From contig JAZQRX010000012.1 of NCBI GenBank assembly GCA_045629785.1, positions 22,135-86,134 of the forward strand: a stretch of 64,000 bases of DNA, written 5' to 3'. Made by a program: the position numbers and the translations under genes. This document shows positions 17,963 to 27,134 of the stretch, piece after piece; positions within the stretch are counted from its first letter, which is position 1; each line of letters opens with the position of its first letter. The stretch is from Acutalibacteraceae bacterium. Its GTDB lineage: Bacteria; Bacillota; Clostridia; Oscillospirales; Acutalibacteraceae. Under the pieces are notes generated by a model. The model was not told where the DNA came from, ran no database searches, and worked only from the letters and a program-made list of their open reading frames with translations.

Positions 17963-18244
17963 ATGACAACATTAGCATTACTTAAATTATTCGCAGAGGT
18001 TGCCCTCGTTCTTTTAGGCGCATATGCCATTTATCGTGAAAAGGATATTGCAAAATTTGAACGTAAGGTTGCAAAATATATCAAGGCATTTTTTAAGGCT
18101 GTTTATTACACAGTTAAACAGAAAAAACAGCCTAAGGCTAAAAGGGTAATCAGACCCACATACCATAATGCAGAGTATGATGAGATGCTCGCAAGCCTTA
18201 ACAAGGGTGCTAACACTTCACTTCAGGATGTTCTTGTTGCCTGA
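17963..18244 (+). CDS. hypothetical small membrane protein
   Basis: GGAGG RBS 7 nt before ATG 17963. One N-terminal hydrophobic helix followed by a Lys-rich tail. Confidence 0.5.
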   Translation: MTTLALLKLFAEVALVLLGAYAIYREKDIAKFERKVAKYIKAFFKAVYYTVKQKKQPKAKRVIRPTYHNAEYDEMLASLNKGANTSLQDVLVA

Positions 18245-18293
18245 TACTGCTTTTTGTGATAAAATATCCGTATATTGATATGGAGTTGGTTTT

Positions 18294-19190
18294 ATGACCG
18301 AAAAATCACTTGATTTAAAATCTGCTAACCGGCTTTTACCCAAAAGGGAGCAAAACTCACATAAGGGTACATTTGGTAGCGTGCTACTCATTTGTGGTAG
18401 TAAAAATATGATTGGTTGTTGTGTCCTTGCGGCAGAGGGTGCTTTGCGTAGCGGGGCAGGGCTTGTTACAATTGCTTTCCCCGATATACTTTATAATGCC
18501 CTTACAAGCCGTCTTACAGAGTGCCTTTTTATGCCCCTGCCAACAGATGATAACGGCTTTATAAGTCACCTTGCTTTGCCTCAGCTTCTTGATGCTGTTG
18601 AAAAGGCAGATGTTGTAGCCGTTGGTTGTGGTATAGGTGTGGGTTATGCGCAAAGTCTTATTACAACAACCTTGTTAGAGTATGAGAATAAGCCTGTTAT
18701 TTTTGATGCTGATGCCCTTAATTGTATAGCGCAGGCACCGAGTATTTTAAAAAAGGCTACTGCAAAGGTTTTGCTGACACCCCATCCGGGTGAATTGAGT
18801 CGTCTTACAGGTGAAAGCGTTAGTTATATTGAGTCAAACCGTAAAAAAGTAATCTCCGAATTTTCAGATAAATATAATGTAAACATTCTTCTTAAAGGTC
18901 ATAATACCCTTGTTTGTAATGATTGTTGTGATGAGCTTTATGTAAATAATACAGGTAATTCAGCCCTCGCCAAGGGCGGTGCAGGTGATTTGCTTACGGG
19001 TATTATTGCAGGTCTTACACCTTCCTTGAATGGTGATGTGTTTAAATCAGCCGTTTTAGGTGCATTTGTTCATGGACTTACGGCAGATTTAGCTGTAAAA
19101 GCTCAGTCAGAATATTCTGTTTTACCATCTGATTGCGCCTTAAGGTTAGGCGAAGTGTACTATACAATCGAAAAGAGTGATATAGGTTAA
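18294..19190 (+). CDS. nnrD: ADP-dependent NAD(P)H-hydrate dehydratase (YjeF C-terminal domain only)
   Basis: HKGTFGSVLLICGS...GAGLVT and the C-terminal GGAGDLLTGIIAG motif. Confidence 0.85.
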   Translation: MTEKSLDLKSANRLLPKREQNSHKGTFGSVLLICGSKNMIGCCVLAAEGALRSGAGLVTIAFPDILYNALTSRLTECLFMPLPTDDNGFISHLALPQLLDAVEKADVVAVGCGIGVGYAQSLITTTLLEYENKPVIFDADALNCIAQAPSILKKATAKVLLTPHPGELSRLTGESVSYIESNRKKVISEFSDKYNVNILLKGHNTLVCNDCCDELYVNNTGNSALAKGGAGDLLTGIIAGLTPSLNGDVFKSAVLGAFVHGLTADLAVKAQSEYSVLPSDCALRLGEVYYTIEKSDIG

Positions 19191-19299
19191 AAAATCATTT
19201 CTGTTAATTTTACCCCTGCTTTTTTTATCGTTCCTTTTTAGCGGTTGTGGTAAAAATCCTGTTAAAAACAGGACATCGGAAGTTGATTTAAATAATAAA

Positions 19300-19671
19300 T
19301 TGTCTGTACAGCTTCAGTACAGACAATTTGTTTATAATTGCGAATTATTTTATTGTAACGATAGTATCACCATAGGCTTTGCAGGTAATGACGATTTTCC
19401 TGATGGCTTTACCTTTGTGTGTGATAATGATGTTTGCACACTTTCTTATGAAGGGCTTGCAAAAAAATATAATCGTAAAAATCTGCCTCTTGATTATCTA
19501 CCTGTTGTTTTAAAAGATTTTTTTGGTTCTTTTGAGGGTGAAATTATCACAGAAGGGTACAACGAGAGTAAAGGGTGCTCGTACATTAAAAGAACCGTAA
19601 ATGATTCTTTTGTCACCCTTGAGGTGTTTAATCAAGGTAATAAACCTGCTTATAATATTGTGATAAATTAA
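19300..19671 (+). CDS. hypothetical lipoprotein; coordinates begin at the first canonical start, but the signal peptide is encoded upstream from about 19186
   Basis: The same frame is open from 19186 and encodes KKSFLLILPLLFLSFLFSGCGKN (lipobox) with no ATG/GTG/TTG before TTG 19300. Confidence 0.5.
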   Translation: MSVQLQYRQFVYNCELFYCNDSITIGFAGNDDFPDGFTFVCDNDVCTLSYEGLAKKYNRKNLPLDYLPVVLKDFFGSFEGEIITEGYNESKGCSYIKRTVNDSFVTLEVFNQGNKPAYNIVIN

Positions 19672-19677
19672 AAATAA

Positions 19678-19714
19678 AGTGGATTTCTCAATTAAAGAGA
19701 AATCCACTTTTAAA
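19678..19714. terminator. bidirectional terminator between the lipoprotein gene and nagB
   Basis: AAGTGGATTTCTC-aattaaa-GAGAAATCCACTT, a 13-bp perfect stem flanked by A/T runs. Confidence 0.75.
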
Positions 19715-19715
19715 A

Positions 19716-20444
19716 TTACTTGCTGAGGAGTGAAGCAGCATCTTCATCAAGGAAGATGAGTACATCGTCATGCTCCTGGAGGATCGATGCAGGTACCTGT
19801 GCTGTAACAGGACCCTCAATCATATTTTTGATAGCCTCTGCCTTTTTGGGGCCTGTTGCAATAAGGATAATCTTTTTTGCAGACATAATCTGCTTGATAC
19901 CCATTGTAAGAGCGTGTGTAGGCATGGGGTTTTCATCAAAATAAATCTTGTTAGCATCGATTGTGCTCTGTGTAAGAGTTACCTTGAATGAGCCGTTTGT
20001 GAATTCATCTGCAGGTTCATTAAAGCCGATGTGGGCGTTGTTGCCGATACCAAGAAGCTGAATATCAATACCGCCTGCAGCATTGATTTCATCATCATAG
20101 CGTTTGCACTCTGCTTCAGTATTAACTGCATTACCATCAAGGAAATGAACGTTTTCTTCGAGAATGTCAAGGCTGTCAAACAACTGCTTGTGCATAAATG
20201 TGTAGTAGCTGTTTTTGTCCTCTTTGGGGAGGTTGCAATACTCGTCAAGGTTGTATGTTTTAACATCCTTGAATGAAACACCGCCATCATTGTAGTTTTT
20301 GATTATGTTGTTGTATGTAGGGATGGGTGTAGCACCTGTTGCAAGACCCAATACACTTGCGGGATTTTCTTTTACCTGGTTTGTGAAAATTTCGGCAACC
20401 GCTACGCCGATTTCCTCTGCTGTTTTGAATGTTTTGATAATCAT
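19716..20444 (-). CDS. nagB: glucosamine-6-phosphate deaminase
   Basis: LGLATGATP, NLDEY and GIGNNAHIGFNEP motifs. AAGGGTGA RBS before ATG 20444. Confidence 0.9.
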   Translation of the reverse strand: MIIKTFKTAEEIGVAVAEIFTNQVKENPASVLGLATGATPIPTYNNIIKNYNDGGVSFKDVKTYNLDEYCNLPKEDKNSYYTFMHKQLFDSLDILEENVHFLDGNAVNTEAECKRYDDEINAAGGIDIQLLGIGNNAHIGFNEPADEFTNGSFKVTLTQSTIDANKIYFDENPMPTHALTMGIKQIMSAKKIILIATGPKKAEAIKNMIEGPVTAQVPASILQEHDDVLIFLDEDAASLLSK

Positions 20445-20580
20445 TTGTATCACCCTTATCATCAATTTGTTGTAATTATATCATAACTTTTCTGGGATAT
20501 AAAGGGAATTTTAAAAATTTTTACATAATTATTGAAAAAATTATATTAAATGTTATAATGTAATAGTGGTGATTTATGGT

Positions 20581-21189
20581 ATGGTGAAAAATATTGTTTT
20601 TGATATGGGTGGCGTACTTATTGATTTAAACGTACGTCGCACAATAACAGAGCATTTCCCTGAAGCATACGTTGATGATATTATAAATAATGTCTTTTAT
20701 GGTGAGGAATGGCGCCTTATGGATGCTGGTCTTATGCGGTGTGATGAGGCAAAACAGATTCTGTTACCCCGTTACCCTGAAAAAATTAGGCCACTTCTCG
20801 GTGAAATGATTACAAATTTTTACCCGTATATGCCACCAATTCCTGAGTCGGAACAGCTTGTTGCCCGACTTAAAAAGGCTGGGTATAACATATACCTTTT
20901 GTCAAATGCTACACCACGTGTATTTGATGAGTATCACAATATACCGGCTTTTAAGTATATGGATGGTTTTTTTGTTTCAGCACTGTACAAGCTTTTAAAG
21001 CCAAGTGCCGAAATCTACAACGCTTTTTGTGATAAATTTTCACTTAAAGCAGATGAATGCTTCTTTATTGATGATATGGAGGCTAATATAAAAGGTGCAG
21101 TTGCCTGCGGTATGAAGGGCTTTGTTTTTGATACCCGTGATTACCAAGCCCTTGAAAAGGCGCTTAATGAAGAAAATGTATTTTTTTAA
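20581..21189 (+). CDS. HAD-superfamily hydrolase
   Basis: DxD motif in IVFDMGGVLI, LLSNAT, and DD in FFIDDMEANI. TGTTATAAT extended -10 at 20551-20559. Confidence 0.8.
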   Translation: MVKNIVFDMGGVLIDLNVRRTITEHFPEAYVDDIINNVFYGEEWRLMDAGLMRCDEAKQILLPRYPEKIRPLLGEMITNFYPYMPPIPESEQLVARLKKAGYNIYLLSNATPRVFDEYHNIPAFKYMDGFFVSALYKLLKPSAEIYNAFCDKFSLKADECFFIDDMEANIKGAVACGMKGFVFDTRDYQALEKALNEENVFF

Positions 21190-21201
21190 TCGGAGGCTAT
21201 T

Positions 21202-22032
21202 ATGAAAAAGATAATTTCTATTTGTGCGGTTATTCTTTCACTTGCTTTGCTTATTACAATTTTTGCTGCTTGCGGCAAAAAAGAAGGCGAAGACACAACA
21301 ACCACTACAGCGGCAGCTGTTGCAACCGGTGAGTACAGCCTTGAGGTTGCTACCGATAAGGCAATTGTTAAAAAAGGTGATACTGTTTTCCAAGAGCTTA
21401 AATACCCACAGGGTATAGGCTATGAATTTGATTTAGCATACGCTAAAGAGCATTATGAGTTTATTGATATGAACTTTGATGGCAACCTTGACCTTTACCT
21501 TGCAGTAAGTAAGGTTGATAACATAATCAGTTATTATTGTTGGCTTTATAACGCTACTGATAATAAGTTTGATTTTTCAGCATCACTTTCAGCACTCAAG
21601 AACATTTCTGTTGATTCAGCTGAACAGATCGTTTTATCAAAAACCTACTTTAATGGCATCGAAAAGGTTACTACCTATGAGTGGGTTGACGGTGTACTTA
21701 CAATGAAAGAAAGATATGGTAATGAGGGTGAAACAATTCCTCAGAACATAATTCAGTCATTAAATGACAACACAATCGGTGAGGTTTCTAATACAGATAA
21801 AACTACTTCAGGTGCTACAACACAGGCAAGTGGTGATAAAACAACAGCGGCACAGGGTGGTAATAAAACAACTACATCTGCAAATGGTGGCAACAATACT
21901 ACCAGTGGTAACGCTGATAACAAAACAACAACATCAGCACCTAAGCCTACCAAACCCTTACTTACAACAACCAATCCTGCTGCAGACGGTATCGAGGTTC
22001 TTCCCTCAAAGCCCAACGATGGCTGGTATTAA
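21202..22032 (+). CDS. hypothetical lipoprotein with Thr/Gly/Asn-rich C-terminal low-complexity tail
   Basis: Signal peptide with lipobox ITIFAAC. GGAGG RBS. Confidence 0.7.
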   Translation: MKKIISICAVILSLALLITIFAACGKKEGEDTTTTTAAAVATGEYSLEVATDKAIVKKGDTVFQELKYPQGIGYEFDLAYAKEHYEFIDMNFDGNLDLYLAVSKVDNIISYYCWLYNATDNKFDFSASLSALKNISVDSAEQIVLSKTYFNGIEKVTTYEWVDGVLTMKERYGNEGETIPQNIIQSLNDNTIGEVSNTDKTTSGATTQASGDKTTAAQGGNKTTTSANGGNNTTSGNADNKTTTSAPKPTKPLLTTTNPAADGIEVLPSKPNDGWY

Positions 22033-22047
22033 TAAGGAGTTTTTGAA

Positions 22048-22482
22048 ATGGAAAAAGAAATTTTAAATGCACAAGAGCCTCAGGCGGAGACAATCGTTGA
22101 CACACAGCCCGTTGAAGCAGCTCAGGTTAATGCACAACCGGTTGCCGAGCAAATTGTTCAGCAGGCTGTACAGCCTCAGGCAGAGTCAACCGTTGATACA
22201 CAGCAGGGTGATTTCAAGGGTTTTGATTTTAAATTCTTCCGTAATTGCTCAGCATCTCTTAAGAGGTTTTCAATTCTTATATTTGTAATTAATCTCTTTA
22301 TTTCACTTGGTATCGTAGGTGCGTTGACGGTAGTACTCGCAATTTCACTTGGTACACAAATGCTTTCATTACTTGCGTTACCTATCGTAACACTCTTTGT
22401 AATACTTGTAGTTATTGCAAGATTTGTTTCCGCACTCGTTTACGGGTTTGCTGAAATTGTAGAAAAAGCAGAAAAGAACTAA
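22048..22482 (+). CDS. hypothetical membrane protein with Gln/Val/Pro-rich N-terminal repeat
   Basis: The N-terminus repeats PQAE-(T/S)-(I/T)VDTQ twice. The C-terminal half has two or three hydrophobic helices. Confidence 0.6.
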   Translation: MEKEILNAQEPQAETIVDTQPVEAAQVNAQPVAEQIVQQAVQPQAESTVDTQQGDFKGFDFKFFRNCSASLKRFSILIFVINLFISLGIVGALTVVLAISLGTQMLSLLALPIVTLFVILVVIARFVSALVYGFAEIVEKAEKN

Positions 22483-22499
22483 AAAAATTATTTTTTTAC

Positions 22500-22528
22500 T
22501 TGACAAACAACTTTTGTGGGAGTAGTAT
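22500..22528 (+). promoter_or_regulatory. sigma-A-type promoter of the aromatic amino acid operon
   Basis: TTGACA (22500-22505), 17-nt spacer, TAGTAT (22523-22528). Confidence 0.55.
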
Positions 22529-22559
22529 TGAAACATAATTTTTGCGAAAGGTGATACAG

Positions 22560-22634
22560 ATGTTTACAAACTTTAGTTATCGATTTTATTATTGTAAAAC
22601 AGATTGTCTGTGTGCCTTTCCCAAATGCAAGTAA
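22560..22634 (+). CDS. putative Phe/Tyr-rich leader peptide (24 aa, MFTNFSYRFYYCKTDCLCAFPKCK)
   Basis: AAGGTGA RBS 7 nt upstream. Six of the first eleven codons are Phe or Tyr. Lies between the promoter and the aro operon; the stop codon sits in the loop of hairpin AATGCAA-gtaa-TTGCATT (22624-22641). Confidence 0.45.
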   Translation: MFTNFSYRFYYCKTDCLCAFPKCK

Positions 22635-22658
22635 TTGCATTGGTTAGTGTAAATAGTC

Positions 22659-22719
22659 AGTCCGCATTCTGCTATGCTTTTATTAGTGTAACGGTTTGCG
22701 GATTTTTATTTTAATAAAA
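22659..22719 (+). terminator. putative attenuator/terminator upstream of the aminotransferase gene
   Basis: AGTCCGCA (22659-22666) pairs with TGCGGATT (22697-22704), followed by TTTTATTTT. The loop is long (30 nt), so this is weaker than a textbook terminator. Confidence 0.4.
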
Positions 22720-22736
22720 TGATTAGGAGTATATTT

Positions 22737-23924
22737 ATGATTTCATCCAAAATGCTTGAATTAGGCAAAAAAAGTTCTGTTATCCGTGAGATTTTTGAGT
22801 ACGGATTAAAACGTAAGGCAGAAATAGGTGCTGAAAATGTCTATGACTTCAGTCTTGGTAACCCAAGCGTACCTGCACCTCAAAAGGTGACAGACGTTAT
22901 GACAAAGCTTATCACAGAAACACCTGCTGAGGTTCTTCATGGCTATACATCTGCACCCGGTGACGTTAAGGTACGTACTGCTATTGCAGAGAATATTAAA
23001 GAAAAGTTCGGGGTGGATGCATCACTTGCTAATATTTATATGACCTGTGGTGCAGCAGCATCACTCACAATTACTCTTAATGCTATCGTCGAAGATGGTG
23101 ACGAGGTTATTGCTTTTGCTCCATTTTTTCCCGAGTACAAAGTTTTTGTTGAGCAGGCAGGCGCAAAACTTGTAGTCGTAAGCAACAAAACCGAGGATTT
23201 ACAGCTTGACTTTGATGCCATCGAAAAGGCAATCACACCAAACACAAAGGCTGTTATTATCAATTCACCAAATAATCCGTCGGGTGTAATTGTTCCTGAA
23301 TGTGACATTATTAAACTCTGTGATTTGCTTAATAAAAAACAGGCTGAATATGGTAAAGAGATTTTCCTTGTTTCCGACGAGCCTTACAGAGAGCTTGTTT
23401 TCACAGGTGAAAAGGTAGCATATATTCCTTGCTATTACGATAACGCTATTGTTTGCTATTCATATAGCAAGGCGCTTTCACTCCCGGGTGAACGTATAGG
23501 CTACATATTTGTTGCACCAACCGTAAAGGATAGCGGTGATGTTTTTGCTGCAATCTGTGGATCGGGCAGAGCGCTTGGTTATGTTTGTGCACCAAGTCTT
23601 ATGCAGTATACAATCGCACAATGTCTTAATGATACTGCAGATGTTTCAATTTATGAGAAAAATAGAAATCTTCTTTATAACGCTCTTACTGATATGGGCT
23701 ATACAGTTATCAAGCCTGATGGTGCATTTTATATGTTTGTAAAATCACTTGAGGATGATGCAAACGCATTTTATGAAAGAGCAAAGAAATTTGATTTACT
23801 TATTGTACCAAGTGACAGCTTTGGTGTACCTGGATTTGTAAGAATTTCTTACTGTGTTGACACAGCGCTCATTGAACGTTCACTTCCATCATTCAAAGCA
23901 CTTTATGAGGATTATCAGAAATGA
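22737..23924 (+). CDS. class I/II PLP-dependent aminotransferase (aspartate/aromatic type)
   Basis: NPSVPAP, INSPNNPSG and YSYSKALSLPGERIGY (PLP lysine region). AGGAG RBS favours ATG 22737. Confidence 0.85.
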   Translation: MISSKMLELGKKSSVIREIFEYGLKRKAEIGAENVYDFSLGNPSVPAPQKVTDVMTKLITETPAEVLHGYTSAPGDVKVRTAIAENIKEKFGVDASLANIYMTCGAAASLTITLNAIVEDGDEVIAFAPFFPEYKVFVEQAGAKLVVVSNKTEDLQLDFDAIEKAITPNTKAVIINSPNNPSGVIVPECDIIKLCDLLNKKQAEYGKEIFLVSDEPYRELVFTGEKVAYIPCYYDNAIVCYSYSKALSLPGERIGYIFVAPTVKDSGDVFAAICGSGRALGYVCAPSLMQYTIAQCLNDTADVSIYEKNRNLLYNALTDMGYTVIKPDGAFYMFVKSLEDDANAFYERAKKFDLLIVPSDSFGVPGFVRISYCVDTALIERSLPSFKALYEDYQK

Positions 23925-25009
23925 TTGATTATACCAAAAAATTTCACGAGGCACGAAAGACCATCAGTGAAATCGATAAAGAGATTGCATCACTTTTTGA
24001 AAAAAGAATGAAAGCCGTTGAGGATGTTGCCGAATATAAAAAGGTAAACGGAATCCCTGTTGAGGATTCTGTGCGTGAAGCACAGCTTATTGAGGCAAAC
24101 GGCGCTCTTATCAGTAATGATGAAATTCGCTCTTATTACGTAAGCTTTCTCAAAAATACAATGAAGCTTTCTAAAGACTATCAGCATAGTCTGATTGATG
24201 GCACTCGTGTAGCTTTTTCGGGTGTAAAGGGTGCTTTTGCAGAGCTTGCAGTTAAAAAGTTTTTTCCCGATTGTGTTCCTGTTCCTTGCCAGGATTTCAA
24301 AGCTGCTTATAAATCTGTTGAAAACGGCGAATGTGAAATTGCTGTGTTGCCTATCGAAAACAGTTATGAGGGTGATGTTGCAAGGGTAATGGATTTAACA
24401 TATTTTGGCTCATTGTACATTAACGGCGTTTACGATATGTCCATTGAGCAACACCTTTTCGGCACACCCGATGCTGACCATAAATCAATAAAGAGGGTAA
24501 TCAGTCACCCTCAGGCTCTCGGTCAATGTGCAGATTTTATTGAGGCAAAGGGTTATGAAACCAAAGAGGCGGTCAATACAGCGGTTGCGGCTCAGCTTGT
24601 TCGTGACAGCGGTGATAGTTCTTTGGGGGTTATCTGTTCGCTTGAAGCAGGTAGTGAATACGGGCTTAAGCTTATTGATCGTAAAATAAATAAAGATAGC
24701 ACCAATACTACGCGTTTTGCGGTGTTTTCACGTGTTCCGCGAGACTATTCTAAGGATCAGAATAACTTTATTATTCTTTTTACCGTGCGCGACGAGGCAG
24801 GCTCGCTCAGTAAGGCTGTTTCTGTTTTTGGTGAATGTGGATATAACCTTAAAGCACTCAAAAGCAGACCCTCAAAGGATGTTATCTGGAATTATTATTT
24901 CTTCCTTGAGGGTGAAGGTCACCTCACGCCTGAGGATGAGCAAAAAATGGTAGACAAGCTATCAAAGGTTTGTACCAATGTTCGTGTAGTTGGTAAATAT
25001 GCCAGATAA
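23921..25009 (+). CDS. pheA: bifunctional chorismate mutase / prephenate dehydratase
   Basis: N-terminal chorismate mutase helices, a prephenate dehydratase domain (ENSYEGDV, TRFAVF) and a C-terminal ACT domain (GSLSKAV...YNLKALKSRP). The start overlaps the upstream stop (ATGA). Confidence 0.85.
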   Translation: MIDYTKKFHEARKTISEIDKEIASLFEKRMKAVEDVAEYKKVNGIPVEDSVREAQLIEANGALISNDEIRSYYVSFLKNTMKLSKDYQHSLIDGTRVAFSGVKGAFAELAVKKFFPDCVPVPCQDFKAAYKSVENGECEIAVLPIENSYEGDVARVMDLTYFGSLYINGVYDMSIEQHLFGTPDADHKSIKRVISHPQALGQCADFIEAKGYETKEAVNTAVAAQLVRDSGDSSLGVICSLEAGSEYGLKLIDRKINKDSTNTTRFAVFSRVPRDYSKDQNNFIILFTVRDEAGSLSKAVSVFGECGYNLKALKSRPSKDVIWNYYFFLEGEGHLTPEDEQKMVDKLSKVCTNVRVVGKYAR

Positions 25010-25029
25010 GGAAGGCAGATGTTTTTTGT

Positions 25030-26043
25030 ATGATTCTGAATGTTAAAACTCAGGGTGATAATTACAATATAATTCTTGAACGCGGTGTGCTCTGCCGTGT
25101 TGCAGATTTTTGTGATACGTCAAAAAAGGCTCTTGTTGTAACCGATAGCGGAGTGCCCTTTGAGTATGCAGAAGCGGTTTCTTTGCAATTCAGTAACAGT
25201 ATAATCAAGGTTATTCCGCAGGGTGAAAAAAGCAAATGCTTTGATGTTTATAAAGAACTTCTTGAAACCCTTTGTGAAAATGAGTTTTCACGCTCTGATT
25301 GTGTTGTTGCTGTTGGCGGTGGCGTTGTTGGTGATTTATCAGGCTTTTGTGCCGCTACATATATGAGGGGTATCGACTTTATAAATATCCCCACAACTGT
25401 GCTTTCGCAGGTTGATTCTTCTATCGGTGGAAAAACCGCAATTGATTTTTCAGGCTACAAAAACATTGTAGGCGCTTTTTATCAACCTAAGGTAGTTATT
25501 ATTGACCCTGACGTACTCAAAACCCTACCACAAAGGCAGATTAACAATGGTCTTGCCGAAAGCATTAAAATGGCAGCAACCTCAGACAAAGACTTGTTTG
25601 AGTTTATGGAAAACAACAACCTTTATGAAAATATTGATAAAATAATAGAGGATTCCTTGAAAATCAAAAAATCTGTTGTTGAAGCAGACGAAAAGGAGCA
25701 AGGGCTCCGTAAGGTACTTAACTTCGGTCACACCGCTGCTCATGCTATTGAAACTGCAACAGGTCTTGGTGATTACCTTCACGGGGAATGTGTTGCCCTT
25801 GGTATGTTAGCATTTTCTTCACAAGCCGTAAGGGAACGTTTAACTGACATTCTCAAAAAATGCGGATTGCCTACGGAAATAGATTTTTCTGATGATACAA
25901 TTCTTGAAGCACTCCGACACGATAAAAAGTCTGCAGGTAATGGTGTAAATGTAGTATATGTGAATGAAATCGGTTCATTTGAATTCAAGTTTTTAGAATA
26001 TAGTCATTTAGATGAAATTGTAAAGGGGGCATACCTTAAATGA
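25030..26043 (+). CDS. aroB: 3-dehydroquinate synthase
   Basis: VAVGGGVVGDLSGF, IPTTVLSQVDSSIGGKT and NFGHTAAHAIE. Confidence 0.9.
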   Translation: MILNVKTQGDNYNIILERGVLCRVADFCDTSKKALVVTDSGVPFEYAEAVSLQFSNSIIKVIPQGEKSKCFDVYKELLETLCENEFSRSDCVVAVGGGVVGDLSGFCAATYMRGIDFINIPTTVLSQVDSSIGGKTAIDFSGYKNIVGAFYQPKVVIIDPDVLKTLPQRQINNGLAESIKMAATSDKDLFEFMENNNLYENIDKIIEDSLKIKKSVVEADEKEQGLRKVLNFGHTAAHAIETATGLGDYLHGECVALGMLAFSSQAVRERLTDILKKCGLPTEIDFSDDTILEALRHDKKSAGNGVNVVYVNEIGSFEFKFLEYSHLDEIVKGAYLK

Positions 26044-27134
26044 AAAACACCTTTGGTAATAATGTAAGTATAACCCTTTTTGGTGAAAGTCACGGTGAGT
26101 CTATCGGTGCTGTTGTTGACGGACTTCCTGCGGGGATTACCGTTGACGAGGATTTTATTGCTTCTCAGCTTACTTTACGTAGACCTGTGGGTAAAATTTC
26201 TACGTCGCGCTCTGAAAAGGATACATTCAGTATTGTTAGCGGTATGTTTAACGGCAAAACAACAGGCACACCCCTTTGCATAATTATCCCTAATGAGGAT
26301 ACTCATTCTAAGGATTATTCACTTAATTATGGCAAGGCAAGACCGGGCCATGCAGATTTCACCGCCTTTTCAAAGTATAATGGGTGCGAGGATTATCGCG
26401 GTGGTGGTCATTTTAGTGGCAGAGTAACGGCAGGTCTTGTTGCCGCAGGTGCTATTGCAATTGATTTGCTTAAAAAGAAAAATATTTTCATTGGCACACA
26501 TATTCTTAGTTGTGCAGGTGTAAGTGATGTTGAATTTAAAGATGTTGAAAAAGAGGTAAAGGATATTTCTTCAAAGGCCTTTTCTGTTATAGATGACTCT
26601 GCAGGGGACAGAATGATTGAAAAAATTCAGTCTGCCGCCGCAGATGGTGACAGCGTTGGCGGGGTTTTGCAGACCGCAGTTACGGGCTTACCCGTTGGTG
26701 TTGGTGAGCCTTGGTTCGATTCACTCGAAAGTGTGCTTTCTCATGGGCTTTTCGCTATTCCCGGTGTAAAGGGCGTTGAGTTTGGCGTTGGTTTTGGTTG
26801 TGCCGAACTTATGGGGAGCGAAATGAACGATGAATATTATTTTGAAAATAATGTTGTGAAAACTGCCACTAATAACAATGGTGGTATAAATGGCGGTATT
26901 TCAAATGGTATGCCAATTGTGTTCAATTGTGCCGTGAAGCCTACGCCATCAATTTCAAAAACACAAAACACAATTGATTTTGTAAATGGTGAAAACACAG
27001 TTCTTGCCACACATGGTAGACACGACCCTTGCATTGTACATAGGGCAAGAGTTGTGGTTGACAGTATAACCGCCCTTGCTTTGTGCGATTTATTATCACA
27101 GAAATTTGGCATTGATTGGCTTGGTGAAAACTGA
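26040..27134 (+). CDS. aroC: chorismate synthase
   Basis: FGESHGESIGAVVDG, ARPGHAD, GGGHFSGR and GRHDPC motifs. Confidence 0.95.
   Translation: MKNTFGNNVSITLFGESHGESIGAVVDGLPAGITVDEDFIASQLTLRRPVGKISTSRSEKDTFSIVSGMFNGKTTGTPLCIIIPNEDTHSKDYSLNYGKARPGHADFTAFSKYNGCEDYRGGGHFSGRVTAGLVAAGAIAIDLLKKKNIFIGTHILSCAGVSDVEFKDVEKEVKDISSKAFSVIDDSAGDRMIEKIQSAAADGDSVGGVLQTAVTGLPVGVGEPWFDSLESVLSHGLFAIPGVKGVEFGVGFGCAELMGSEMNDEYYFENNVVKTATNNNGGINGGISNGMPIVFNCAVKPTPSISKTQNTIDFVNGENTVLATHGRHDPCIVHRARVVVDSITALALCDLLSQKFGIDWLGEN

Noticed and set aside
22500-22736. T-box or other riboswitch upstream of the aro operon
   Set aside because: I found no T-box sequence (AAnnnGGGTGGTACCGCG-like), no specifier-loop architecture and no TRAP-type triplet repeats. 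The leader-peptide explanation fits better, though it remains unproven.
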